From: Octopus bimaculoides
Lineage: Eukaryota
Assembly (NCBI RefSeq): GCF_001194135.2
Contig: NC_068997.1
Location: 45,950,721 to 46,014,720, forward strand
DNA: 64,000 nt
Direction of reading: 5' to 3'
Part shown: positions 26,433 through 38,730 of the stretch, piece by piece
How positions within the stretch are numbered: the first letter of the stretch is position 1
Layout of the letters: every line of letters starts with the position of its first letter
Position numbers and translations under genes: made by a program
The notes under the pieces: model-generated
What the model was told of the DNA's origin: nothing
Database searches by the model: none
The model's input: only the letters and a program-made list of their open reading frames with translations

Positions 26433-26903
26433 GTGGGAAAAAATGACTTTCTGACAACAAATCAATGCTCAACCAAGGTAGACCTACATAAGACCACATG
26501 GATAATAATTCCCTTCACTAAACATTTAAAGACAAACTTTATAAAATCTACTACAAAGATTATTAATAAAAACTTTAGAAACACTAGATACGCAAAAATA
26601 TTTAATAATAAACATATAAGATTCGGATTTTCAGTTTCTCCTAACCTTTTCAGGATAATATCTTCATTTGATAATAGGAAACTTGTGCACGCAAGTAATG
26701 TTTCGTTCCTCTCTCAGGTTAAGCAAGGGGAGTCCAGCCTTACTTCAGCACCCTGTTATAGTGTTAAAAATATAAAATGTTACCTATGTATTAATGAAAC
26801 ATTTTTCATCTTTATGGCTAGACTCCACTTGCTCAACCCGAGAGAGGAACGAAACATTACTTGCTTGCACATAGGTAAACATGCATTCTCTGGATATAAT
26901 TAA
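26433..26903 (+). mobile_element. Degenerate Penelope-like RT thumb/linker fragment
   Basis: TWIIIPF...KNFRNTRYAKIFNNKHIRFGFSVSPNLFRII resembles, from recall, the PLE motif WFNPP...KHF...KIFN..T.K.SYSC.PN...II. Confidence 0.45.
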
Positions 26904-27979
26904 AATTAGTTAATTCTCTAATCCTCCTCTCCCATAGTAGTACCCATTATTCACCATAACCATAGATAATTTGTACTTAATTGACTGGCCAATGGACCAA
27001 TTAATAAATTAAATTGATTAGTTTATTGATTAATGGCTACCCCACTTTGTTAAACTCAGCAATTTTACACCTTGAAACAAATACAACCCCCCACCCCTAG
27101 TCCAATAACTTTTACCATTTCCTCCCACATAACACTCTCGTTAATTAACAACTCAATATCAACTGTTCACTTTCTATAGTCATACGCACATAACTGTATA
27201 TTCATGTGTGTGCATGAATATATATCTATATCTTTATGGCCGCTTGTGGATGCACAAGTACATTCATGGATATGTGGGTGTAGACCCATATGTGTGCGAA
27301 GGGGCACGGCAAGATAAACATGAACATGCACTCTTATACACATCACCCTCCTAGTTTCTAGCTAGTCCCCTTGACCACCCCTCTTTTTGTTATCTGATAA
27401 ACTCCATAACCCACTTTATTTTACTTTTGATATTTACCATAATGAGTTAGTCATTTTCACTCATATAAGAGTATATACTTATATAGATTCACAAAAAAAA
27501 TGTATAGGAATGTATATATATATACATATATGCGACGGGCTTCTTTCAGTTTCCGCCTACCAAATCCACTCACAAGGCTTTGGTCAGCCCGAGGCTATAG
27601 TAGAAGACACTTACCCAAGATGCCACATGGTTCCGGGTTCAGTCCCACTGCGTGGCATCTTGGGCAAGTGTCTTCTACTATAACCTCGGGCCAACCAAAG
27701 CCTTGTGAGTGGATTTGGTAGACGGAAACTGAAAGAAGCCCGTCATATATATGTATGTGTGTGTATATGTTTGTCCCCCCAACATCGCTTGACAACCGAT
27801 GCTGGTGTGTTTACGTCCCTATAACTTAGCGTTCAGCAAAAGAGACCGATAGAATAAGTACTAGGCTTACAAAGAATAAGTCCCTGGGCTGATTTGCTCG
27901 ACTAAAGGTGGGGCACCAGCATGGCTGCAGTCAAAAGACTGAAACAAGCAAATGAATAAAGGAATATATATACATATAT

Positions 27980-29463
27980 TTCTTGAGGGTGTTCTTTTCC
28001 TCTGCAGTCTTCAGGTGCTTCTCCATCCGATATGCCTCAAAGTCTCTTTTCATTTGTTGACAAATCACTCCACTGAGAAGGGAATATTCAAGGTGATCTT
28101 CAATAGTCCTCTTCATATTCTTCCTCTTCTCGAGTAACTTCGTAGTTTCTTCCGAGACTCTTCCCTTCTTCTCTCTCAGACACACTCCCTTAGCCTTCGT
28201 TAGACACTCCTTTAGTTTCCCTATCAGTGAGTTGTAGTCATCGTCTATGTCGTCTCCTTTGCACCAGGTTTCCTGCATGATGGCTTCCCGCACCTTTGCC
28301 TCGTTGAAGACTCTGACGCATTTTCCCTTCGACGCCAAATGCATCGCCTTCTTCTCCCTCGTCCCGTCGATGAGGACCCTCGCCCTCCCCAGACAATGAT
28401 CGCTGCCAGTGTTGAATGGCGTCACGATAGAGACGTCATGTAATATTCTCCGCTTATCGACCAGGATGTAGTCGATCTTGTTTCGATGCTCAGAGTTCAG
28501 CGATACCCAGGTCCATCTCTTCTTCTTCTTCCTGAATAGGCTGTTTCCGATGTAGAGCCGCCTCGCCTCTGCCATGGTAACCAAACGTTCTCTTCTCTCG
28601 TTTCTCTCTCCTATGCCAAATCTCACGACGTACTCTTCCTCTTGTCATCCATGTCCAACCTTTGCGTTGAAGTCTCCCATCACAACGGTGTAAGTGGACT
28701 TCACAGCCAGCCCTTTGTCTAGCTGTCGAGAAAATTCTTCCACTTTGCCGTTGCTGGCACTTGTGGGAGCATAGGTCGGGACAATCTTGAGGGTGGCCTT
28801 CCCTGAGAGGTATACGTTCAGTACACCAATCCCTGATGATATGAATTGGCAAGAAGCAACCCTCAAAGACCTTTCCTTACTTACAATGAATCCGAATGGT
28901 GGTCGGCAATGATGAAATAGAGGAGGTAAAGGAATATGTCTACCTGGGACACGAAGTGAATATGTGCCAAGACATCGAAAAGGAGATCTTGCGGAGAATA
29001 TGGGCCGGATGGAAGGCGTTTAATGGCATAAGGGATGTGCTCAAAGGAAGGTTGGACAGGACCACCCGCGCCAACCTGATAAATAGCACAGTTCTACCTG
29101 CAACGTTATATGGTAGTGAAACATGGGCTACAACAAAGAGAGAAGAGATTGGTAACAGCTCAAAGAGCCATAGAGAGGTCAATGCTTGGAATCTTGTTGA
29201 GAGAGCACATCAGTAGTGAGGTGATCAGACAGAAGTCTGGCGTGAGTTTAGATGAGCTGGACACGTCGCCCGGCTCACCAATAATCGGTGGACCCATGCG
29301 AGCAGAAATGACCACTCAGAAGGTCTCCACGGCGGTGGAGTTACGATTTTAGGAGGGCGATTGGGACCACGTGGATGAGGAAGGCACAATCCAGAGAGGA
29401 ATGGACAGTGTTCTGTGACCAGTGGTGTCAAATGGACGTCCATCGGACTGGTCGATCAAGGTG
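27980..29463. mobile_element. RTE LINE copy with 5' inversion (endonuclease/linker on minus, RT 3' end on plus)
   Basis: Minus strand 27980-28893 has YAPTS, GDFNAKVG, WTW.S, IDYIL and SDH APE motifs. Plus strand 28894-29463 has EEVKEYVYLG, LYGSETW and QRAIERSMLG. Confidence 0.85.
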
Positions 29464-30199
29464 ATATATATATATATATATATATATAGAATCATCAGCA
29501 TCGTTTAATGTCCGTTTTCCAGGCTGGCATGGGTTGGACAGTTTGACTGAGGTCAGGAGAACCAGCAGCTGCAACAGGCTCCAATCTAATCTGGCAATGT
29601 TTCTACAGCTGGATGCCCTTCCTAACGCCGACCACTCAGAGAGTGTAGTGGATGCTTTTTATGTGCCACCAGCACAGCAGCCAGTCAGGCCGACCTGACA
29701 TCAACCACATTCGGATGGCGTTTTTTCCGTGCCACCGGTACAGGAGCCAATCAAGTGGACCTGGCCACAGCTACGATATTGGTTTTACTTGACTCAACAG
29801 GTCTTCTCAAGCATATCATATTGCCCGATGCATCAGGGGTATTCTTAACAGGGCCAGATATGCATGGCTGCGATTTCACTTTAGTTGCCGGTTCTTCTCA
29901 ATCACAGCCATCTGGTTCACCAGTCCTCAGTCAAATCGTGGAAGGCGGACGTTAAACGACGACGACAATGATGATATATATATATGTATGTATGTATGTA
30001 TATATATATGTGTGTGTATGTATGTATGTATGTGTTTGCACCCCACCATTGATTGAACCGATGTTAGTGTGTGTACCTCTCCGTACACTAGCGGTCCGGC
30101 AAAAGAGAACAATAGATGTACTAGGCTTAAAAGAATAAGTCCTAGGACGATTTGTTTGACTAAAGGAGGTGCTCCAGCATGGCTGCAGTCAAATGACTG

Positions 30200-30265
30200 A
30201 AACAAAGAAAAGAATAAAAGAATGTATGTATACCTACATGTATGCATATATAGATACATGTATGA

Positions 30266-30297
<32 letters not shown>

Positions 30298-31199
30298 TTA
30301 TATATATATGCACATAATTTATATATGATATAAACACATATATACACACACATACAATCATGTATGTATACAGATGTGTGTACATATTTATATGTACACA
30401 CGCATCTATATACATACATGCATGTATGTATATGTGTGTATATATATATATATACCTACATGCATGCATATATAGATAGATATATGAATGTATGTATAAT
30501 GAATATGTGTCTAATTAGAGGATATATTAAGCTCGTAAAGGGATGGTTAGATCCTGCTGAAATGAACTGATAGGTCAGCATGTAATATCTCAAGGTATGT
30601 CTTTTTCTCTGATGAAATAATGCACAAATTTGTAATTAAATTATGGAGTATTTAATGAAATTTAATGGAAGCAGTAAAGATGACCAATTTGTTAATATTA
30701 GATAATTATTAACTTCCTTCTCTCAATTTTCTTTTCTTCATTTAACTATGTGTGTGTATAGATAGGTTGATAGATTTACACACAGACATATATATATATA
30801 CATATACATATATGTATGCATATATAGATACATATATGAATACATGTGTAGTATATAAATATATACACACACACACGCGCGCGCGCGTGTGCATATATAG
30901 ATATATCGGTGGATTTTTTTTATTGCTTATCGTATAAATTCTGATATGCAGAAGACAGAATCCCCCCAAAAATTGTGAAACTTCGTAAAGATAAAAAAAG
31001 TTAGGGGTTTTAGTACATGCTTACATCATAATTTCGCCGATATATATATATTTACACATACATACACGTGTGCTTAGATACATATATATATACACACACG
31101 TGTACAAATAGATACCTACACATATATATATATGCACGCATATGTAAACACACGCACACATATAAACTCATATATATACACACACACGATATATGTTTG

Positions 31200-31232
<33 letters not shown>

Positions 31233-31560
31233 GTATACACACACAAAACAAATGCATACGTATGTAGTTATGTACATCGCTATAAAAATATATGTATATA
31301 ACCATATACACTATATATATATACATACATTTAAATATACATACATACATTTATATATATATACATACATACATTTATATATATATATATATATACATAC
31401 ATACATTTATATATATATATACATATTTATATATACAGGCATTCCTACAGAAATGTTCTACACACGCACATATATAAAGTACATACAGAAATGTTCTACA
31501 CACACACATATATAAAGTACATATATGTAATCTTGTGTGTAAAATGGGAACGTTCCTCAT
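30200..31560. repeat. Compound (TA)/(CA)/(TACA) microsatellite field
   Basis: Read directly. It is the source of many spurious Y/I/H/T-rich ORFs. Confidence 0.9.
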
Positions 31561-31816
31561 CTGTGTGTGTGTGTGTGTATACACCTTTTTATTTATCTTA
31601 TAAGAGTAAATATTCATGACGTGTAGCATACATTCTTTGGTAAACCTTTTACCTAAACCGATTCCAAGTGTTTAGTATATGTGTATATTTATCATAAGCA
31701 AACAAGTGACGCACAAACGAAGTATAAATCTCTTTTGAAAAGCCTGAGACCAACCCGCTGTTTTTCAATTACAGAGAATAATACGAAGGAGATCCAAGAA
31801 ACTGTCTTTTACTTAC

Positions 31817-31915
31817 CTTCTTCTCGCAAACTCCGTTGTTCTTTCTACTCGATTCTTCTGATGCGTTTTCACATCTTAGACGTTTTCCTTCGACATCTCG
31901 GTCAGCTAAATCCAT
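31817..31915 (-). CDS. Putative first coding exon of the SAFB-like gene (MDLADRDVEGKRLRCENASEESSRKNNGVCEKK)
   Basis: ATG-initiated 33 codons in a CpG-containing island within very AT-rich DNA, with a perfect AAG/GTAAGT donor in phase 0. Linkage to the downstream exons rests on phase only. Confidence 0.55.
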
Positions 31916-33330
31916 GTGAAGAAACTGGACAATGTTTCAAAATTCGGAGAAATACAGAGAATGCGGGGTGGAGGGATAGAAATGGTGTTGTAGGGGGAAG
32001 AAAAAATTTGAGAAATTGAAAAGAAACAAAATACTAAGCTAATGATTTAGGCAGAAATTCAGTGAAAAAAACATAAAATAGAAACTATAAATAAATTGAG
32101 AAGAATAAATTATATATATATATATATATCTTCACACAGATATAAATATTACTTAGAACAACAACAAAACTAAGCCGAACAGAAGAGAAGAGAAATCCCG
32201 CAGCCAAATACATACATGAAATAATTTTTTCAAAAGAATAATTGCAAATTGAGGTTTAAAAATATTGTTAATAAATATAGAAATAAATAAAATTAAATAA
32301 ATGCTTTTTCAGTGAAAAATATTGACGTAATCAAATTTTATATTTCGACATTTTTTTAATTGTTATCTGTGTCGCTTGAAAACTTGTGGAGTGATGTGTA
32401 TGAAATGGGTATGTACACACATGAAAATAATGTGTGTGTATATATATATATATATATAACCTGGGGGAAATACCCAAAATATTGAAAAGAATTAAAAAAG
32501 AATTCTTATTTCTATAAATATTAAATGATTAGATTCATTTTTAAATTGTATCAAATGTAAACTAAAAAAATGTAGAAACCTTTACAAAATTTGACTGAAT
32601 AAGTAGTAGAGAGATAAATAAAGTATAAGACAGTCGATAACCAGAATAGCAGTAATTCCAGTAAACAGTTAAAGACGAGAGTATTTGGAAGACGCGCCAA
32701 TACTTGAGGAATGGGAACCCGAAAATACACTTATCAATTTTGGAAATTAATTTTTATTTTAGTCACTTCTTTATTTTTAATTGTTTATTTTACTTTCTCT
32801 TTTAGATGTAATTTATGTTGACGTTTGAAATTGAATTTTAAAAAGAAAGATTTATTTAATGGATTTTTTAAAATGAACCTCTATTCAAACTAGATTATCT
32901 GCCCTTGACTACATTTTCCTTTTTTCAAGGTTAACTTTAGTTAACTCTGGGGACGTAGTTAAGGGAAAACTGACAGGAGTATAATAATGTCTTTATCGAT
33001 TATTATTACTAACAATAATAGTAATATTGCATTTGGACAGAGAAATGCCAGCAGAACGTATAAGGTGTCATACTAAGTTTCATATAACAAGATAGCACAG
33101 AATGGTGAAACCACATAATAGACGCAACATGAATTTTCTGCTCATACCGTACTATATTCGGATATATATATATATACATATATTTTCAAATCTATATATA
33201 TATATATATATATATATACATACATACATATATTTTCATATATATATATATATATATATCATATATTCATATATATATATATATATATATATTCATATAT
33301 ATATGTATGTATATATACATACGTTTTAAT

Positions 33331-33361
<31 letters not shown>

Positions 33362-33639
33362 AAGAGAGAGAGAGAGTGCTTCTCCGGATTTATGTTTTCT
33401 CCAAACGATATATATGTATATATATATTTATAATCGCTTGTAGAAAACATAGATCTGAAGAAGCATACTCTTAAGATGTGGAGCAGTTTATATTTTACTC
33501 GGGAAGGCCAGTTTATGGGACTGCCCTGAGTTTCCCATCCATAAAGGGAAACCAGGGTAATCCCATCAACCAGCCTTCCCCAGTAATAAATATACATACA
33601 TATAAGTATCTTGAGAGAAAAGCTGAACATAAGAAGCAT

Positions 33640-34275
33640 CAGTTGTGGTGTGCAAGAGAGACAATTGCGCTGGTTTGGACATGTGGTGAGAATGAATGAG
33701 GATAGCTGCGTGAAAAAGTGCCACACCCTAACAGTTGAGGGAACCCGTGGAAGAGGTAGGCCCAGGAACACCTGGGCTGAGGTGGTGAGGCAAGACCTTC
33801 AAACATTGGGCCTCACCGAGGCGATGACTACTGACCGAGACCTTTGGAAATGTGCTGTGCGTGAGAAAACCCGGCAAGCCAAGTGAGATCGTTGCCAGTG
33901 CCCCTGGACTGGCTCTTGTGCGGGTGGCACATAAGATGTANNNNNNNNNNNNNNNNNNNNNNNNNNNNNNNNNNNNNNNNNNNNNNNNNNNNNNNNNNNN
34001 NNNNNNNNNNNNNNNNNNNNNNNNNNNNNNNNNNNNNNNNNNNNNNNNNNNNNNNNNNNNNNNNNNNNACCATTTCGAGCGTGGCCGTTTTCGTGCGGGT
34101 GACATGTAAAAGCACCCACTACACTCTCTGAGTGGTTGGCGTTAGGAAGGGCATCCAGCTGTAGAAACTCTGCCAAATTAGATTGGAGCCTGGTGTTGCC
34201 ATTCGGTTTCACCAGTCCTCAATCAAATCGTCCAACCCATGCTAGCATGGAAAGCGGACGTTAAACGATGATGAT
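33640..34275 (+). mobile_element. RTE LINE 3' end with 3' UTR and (GAT)n tail
   Basis: RLRWFGHV.RM...GRGRP..TW..VV..DL pattern, stop, then a UTR ending ggacgttaaacgatgatgat. Shorter copies of this tail occur near 6720, 14750, 17760, 29900 and 40650. Confidence 0.85.
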
Positions 34276-34298
34276 ATGTGTATGTATGCATATATATA

Positions 34299-34360
<62 letters not shown>

Positions 34361-34699
34361 CTTATATACAAGGTGGCCCAAAAGTAGGTTTCCAGTTATT
34401 CAACTATCCCTTTTGCATTCATATAGTAACAGTTTAGATCTTAATTATGAAAAAAATATGAAATCATTATTCTATGCAAATTTAGTTTATTGTAAGATAG
34501 AAAATTAGTTCAGGAGGTATACTTTGTAGATCCAGCATCCTATAGAGCAAATCCCTGTCCACCAAGTCAAACACCTTGCAGAGGTCATACATATATGTGT
34601 GTGTGTACTTTTAGTATTATGCATCTGTGTGAGAGGTTCTCTCAGGAAGACTACTACAGTATTGGACATTGTAACAATTTGTCCACATTGATTAGGAAA

Positions 34700-35148
34700 T
34701 ATACAGGACGCAGTGAATAAACTGTCATCTGAATTACACAAAAATGAAAATAAACACTGACATCTCATTTTAACAGATATATTTACCAAAATTACATAAA
34801 AATATCTTGAAATACTAAAGAGTAAATTTATTCAATAAAATCACCATTGGCTTAAACCACAGCCTCCAGACAACTTCGGAATCTCCTGCAACTCTTCTGG
34901 ACAGTCTCCTTGTTTAAGTTGGTGAATGCTGCCATAATCCTTTCCTTCAGTTCATCTTTGGTGTTACAAGGAGTTTTGTTGGTCTCTAGCTCAACTGTGC
35001 CCCACACATAATAACCAAGGGTGTTGCAGTCTGGGGAATTAGGTGGCCAGATATTAAGGGTCATGTGGTCACAGAAATTGTCTGACAACCATGACTGGGT
35101 TCTCCTGCTAGTGTGGCATGGTGTAGAGTTCTGTTGCCAGACATTGGA
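34700..35148 (-). mobile_element. Tc1/mariner (DD37D, maT-like) transposase C-terminal relic
   Basis: WQQNSTPCH...WPPNSPDCNTLGYYVW...LEAVV. 37 residues separate the two (mutated) catalytic positions. Confidence 0.75.
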
Positions 35149-35760
35149 AGTTGCTGCTGTGTAATTTAGATCTGTCACAGCTGTACAATGTCAGAAGTGT
35201 AATAGAAGCAATAATTAAGAAGCTTCAGCCACATGTTGCATCAGAGGAGAAGTATGTCAGTGTACCAAAACTTTGTTACAAATTGGAAAGGGAAGATTTC
35301 CTTCCAACAATAACGGTACTATTGATCCAGCTCCAAGAAGCATTGTGATTAAGACAGCAGAGAAATTAATATCAAATGTGTTTCCGTGACTTACAATATC
35401 AATATTTAACACACAAGTAGCTGTGCGAAAGAGATATACTTGTGCCCAGAGCACTAAAATATTACAGTCAACAGCAACAACTAGCAGCTGTTGCAGGCAC
35501 TTCCAGGAATCAGCCATACCTGCAAATCAATAGATACAGTTGTGGACCAGGATGAAGTAATTCACTATCCTGCAGGATTTTAAACAATTCTTGGAAGTTG
35601 CTGCTATGTAATTTAGATCGGTCACAGCTGTACAATGTCAGAAGTGTAATAGAAGCAATAATTAAGAACCTTCAGCCACATGTTGCACCAGAGGAGAAGA
35701 TGTATTTGTATTGTTCAGCATTCCATTCCTACAACCAGATGTGCTCTTTTGATTTAGAAA
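35145..35760 (+). mobile_element. Helitron PIF1-like helicase relic with internal duplication
   Basis: LCER.IL.P, LPG...KSIDTVVDQDEVIHYPAGFLN and MLLCNLD motifs. Block 35145-35235 is repeated at about 35592-35700. Confidence 0.7.
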
Positions 35761-37388
35761 ACTTTGGTTGTCAGTACATCTCAGCTTTACTGTGTCACTT
35801 AATGAATCCCAACAACAAACATTTACCAATTGTTGGGCTTCAGGAATCCTGTTTTAATCATGACTAATTTTACGTGGCACATTCAAGATTTTAAAATAGC
35901 CTGTAATTTCATTAGGTCCTTGCTTGTAACATCAAAAACAGTTTGCATCCTTAGATATTTACTTAGGTGTTCAGAATTCCCAAGGCTTTATCAGATACAT
36001 TTCTAAGCTGGGGCTCATTGCAACTCTTAATATCATTTCTTTATCATTGCATGCATTGTAGTTCCAATATTTGGATAAGCATAGGGTATCTTGTATTATT
36101 CCTAATCAATTTTGAAAGAATGCCTTCATAACTTTCATATCCAGATCAAACATGTGTGTGTGTGGTTATATGGTTTCAAACTTTATACTTCTCAGATTCT
36201 GCTATCATGGATCTTACTATACACTATTGTTCATATATATATATATATAGTTTTAGGGAAAAGAACCAAGGTTCATGAACTCATTGATGAAAATCCACTG
36301 TCACATATAGAAAAATTAATAATTAAAAGCACAATAAATGAGTATAATATAATAAAGCTTAATTTTAATTTTTTATAAATTGATTTTAATTGAGTTTTTA
36401 CCTGTAATTTTGGATTTTGTCCCTAATATTATANNNNNNNNNNNNNNNNNNNNNNNNNNNNNNNNNNNNNNNNNNNNNNNNNNNNNNNNNNNNNNNNNNN
36501 NNNNNNNNNNNNNNNNNNNNNNNNNNNNNNNNNNNNNNNNNNNNNNNNNNNNNNNNNNNNNNNNNNNNNNNNNNNNNNNNNNNNNNNNNNNATATATATA
36601 TATATATACACATATATATTGGGTTATCAGAGGAGAACGTTCTAGATGCAATCTCATGATCATCCATAATCGAAGGGGTTCTTTACCCTTTACCCTACAT
36701 ATATATATATAGGGAAGCTTTGTATCTTGTCATCAGCAAGATATCTGCTCATGTCATTCTATCATACTTTCATATCCCTTAGTGCTATACCCTACTCAGT
36801 TGAGACGGGAGGGATCTTGTCTTACAGGTACTTGGTGACCTCACCAGTGCTGGTGTCATTTAGAATGCACCTAGTACACTCTGTGTACACTTTACTCAAT
36901 TGGTTTATTGACCAATTGAGGAAATGTTGTGGGCCGAGGCTAGTTGATTACATTGCCCCCAATGTTTCACTAGTTCTGAATTTATCGACTCTGAAAGGAT
37001 GAAAGGCAAAGTCAACCCTGGTAGAATTTGAACTTTGAACATGAAGATAGACAAAATGCTGCTAAGCATTTTGTCTGGCATGCTAACGATTCTGTCAGCT
37101 CACCACCTTACACACACACACACACACACAGACACACACACACACACACACAGAGTAATAATGATAATCCTTTCTACTAAGGGCACAAGGCCTGAAATTT
37201 GGGGGAGGGGACTACTTGATTATATCAACCCCAGGGTTCCACTGGTACTTAATTTATTGACCCCGAAAGGATGAAAGGCAAAGTTGACCTTGGAGGAATT
37301 TTAACTCATAACATGGCAACAGGTGAAATACCGCTAAGCATTTCGTCCAGCATGCTAATAGTTCTGCCAGCTTACCGCCTTACACAAC

Positions 37389-37443
<55 letters not shown>

Positions 37444-37446
<3 letters not shown>

Positions 37447-37847
37447 CTGAGCAAGTATAAAGATCTTGAAATAGAAATTGGCAAAATGTGGAACCTGAAG
37501 ACTAAAAACAATACCTGTTGTCATAGGTGCCCTAGGAACGATAGCAAAAGGGGCTGATTGCTACCTAGCTCAGATACCAGGAAACCCCAAAATGGCAGAA
37601 ATTCAAAAGATAGTGCTCATGGGAACTGCCCATATCCTACGCAAAATACTTTCTATGTAATCTCAAGTTTTAAAACAAACATAATTTTCTTGTTTTCTTA
37701 AACATTCTCTAGAACAATACTTTGTGCAAAACCAAATACATGGCACCCTAGACATAACACCATGAACTTCTTACTTGTTGTCTCTTGGGGTCTCTGGGTG
37801 AGACTTGGAGCCAACTTGTACAAATGCAAAGTAAGAGCCAAACATGA

Positions 37848-37850
<3 letters not shown>
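37444..37850 (+). mobile_element. R4/Dong-like element 3' end embedded in (TAA)n
   Basis: KYKDLEIEIGKMW...PVVIGALG...TAHILRKILSM-stop, then a 3' UTR. (AAT)n on both sides (37388-37443 and 37849-37879). Confidence 0.75.
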
Positions 37851-37880
<30 letters not shown>

Positions 37881-38334
37881 CCAACATACATAATTCAAAC
37901 AGGCATAGTATTTTTCTTTTTAGTAGTAGTAGCAACAGTACATGATTTTTATTATAATAATTTCTGTTATATATAATTATATGACAATAAAAGCATTTAT
38001 ACATATAATTTATAGAAATATTTTAATCGAAAAATCTTTAAAGTTAGTTAATTTATTTAATTAACTGTAATAGGGTTGCTACTTCGATATCAAAATTTCC
38101 TAAAATAAAAGTAAAGTGAAAATAAACCCTTGATTAGATGACAACTAATTCATTTGGTGATTTGACAAGCATGGCAGCCACAGTACCACCAAGCGATTGC
38201 AATATTCATATTCAAAATAAGCGTTCCAATGTTTATACTTCACGTCTGTTTTTAATAATGTATAGCAATTAATATCGGTTGTATTATGTCCTCGTAAAAA
38301 CTCCTTCTTTGCCTGTTTTTTTAGAGTGTGTGTG

Positions 38335-38370
<36 letters not shown>

Positions 38371-38513
38371 ATGTGAAATTGTGTGTTGAATTCTGAGTAT
38401 TATGAAGCATATGGAAATATGTGTTGATTTATGCACCTGTGTGTGTGTGTGTCTGTGTGTGTGTGTGTGTACCAGGCAACCCGTTGACAAATCACACAAG
38501 AGTGCTGAACTAG

Positions 38514-38730
38514 TTATTGATAACCCTGTAAACGCAGCACTGTAGGGTAGCGTTCTCGCACTGGAAGGCATTTCTGCCTGTCGATAAAAATGGAATTTAT
38601 CTTGTTTGAGATTTCTTTCTCTAAACACATCCTTGTGTCTTGCAGGTTCTTGAGAGAATTCTGAGCTTCCATCAGTTTTTTTTGCAGGGTTGTTATGGAA
38701 GTGTTAATTTCATCAACTTCTTGGATTAAT
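38514..38730 (-). CDS. TEKT4: Tektin-4 exon 7 (terminal)
   Basis: LIQEVDEIN...RERYPTVLRLQGYQ-stop resembles the TEKT4 C-terminus (RYPTILQLAGYQ). Phase 2 start, TAA at 38514-38516. Confidence 0.93.
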
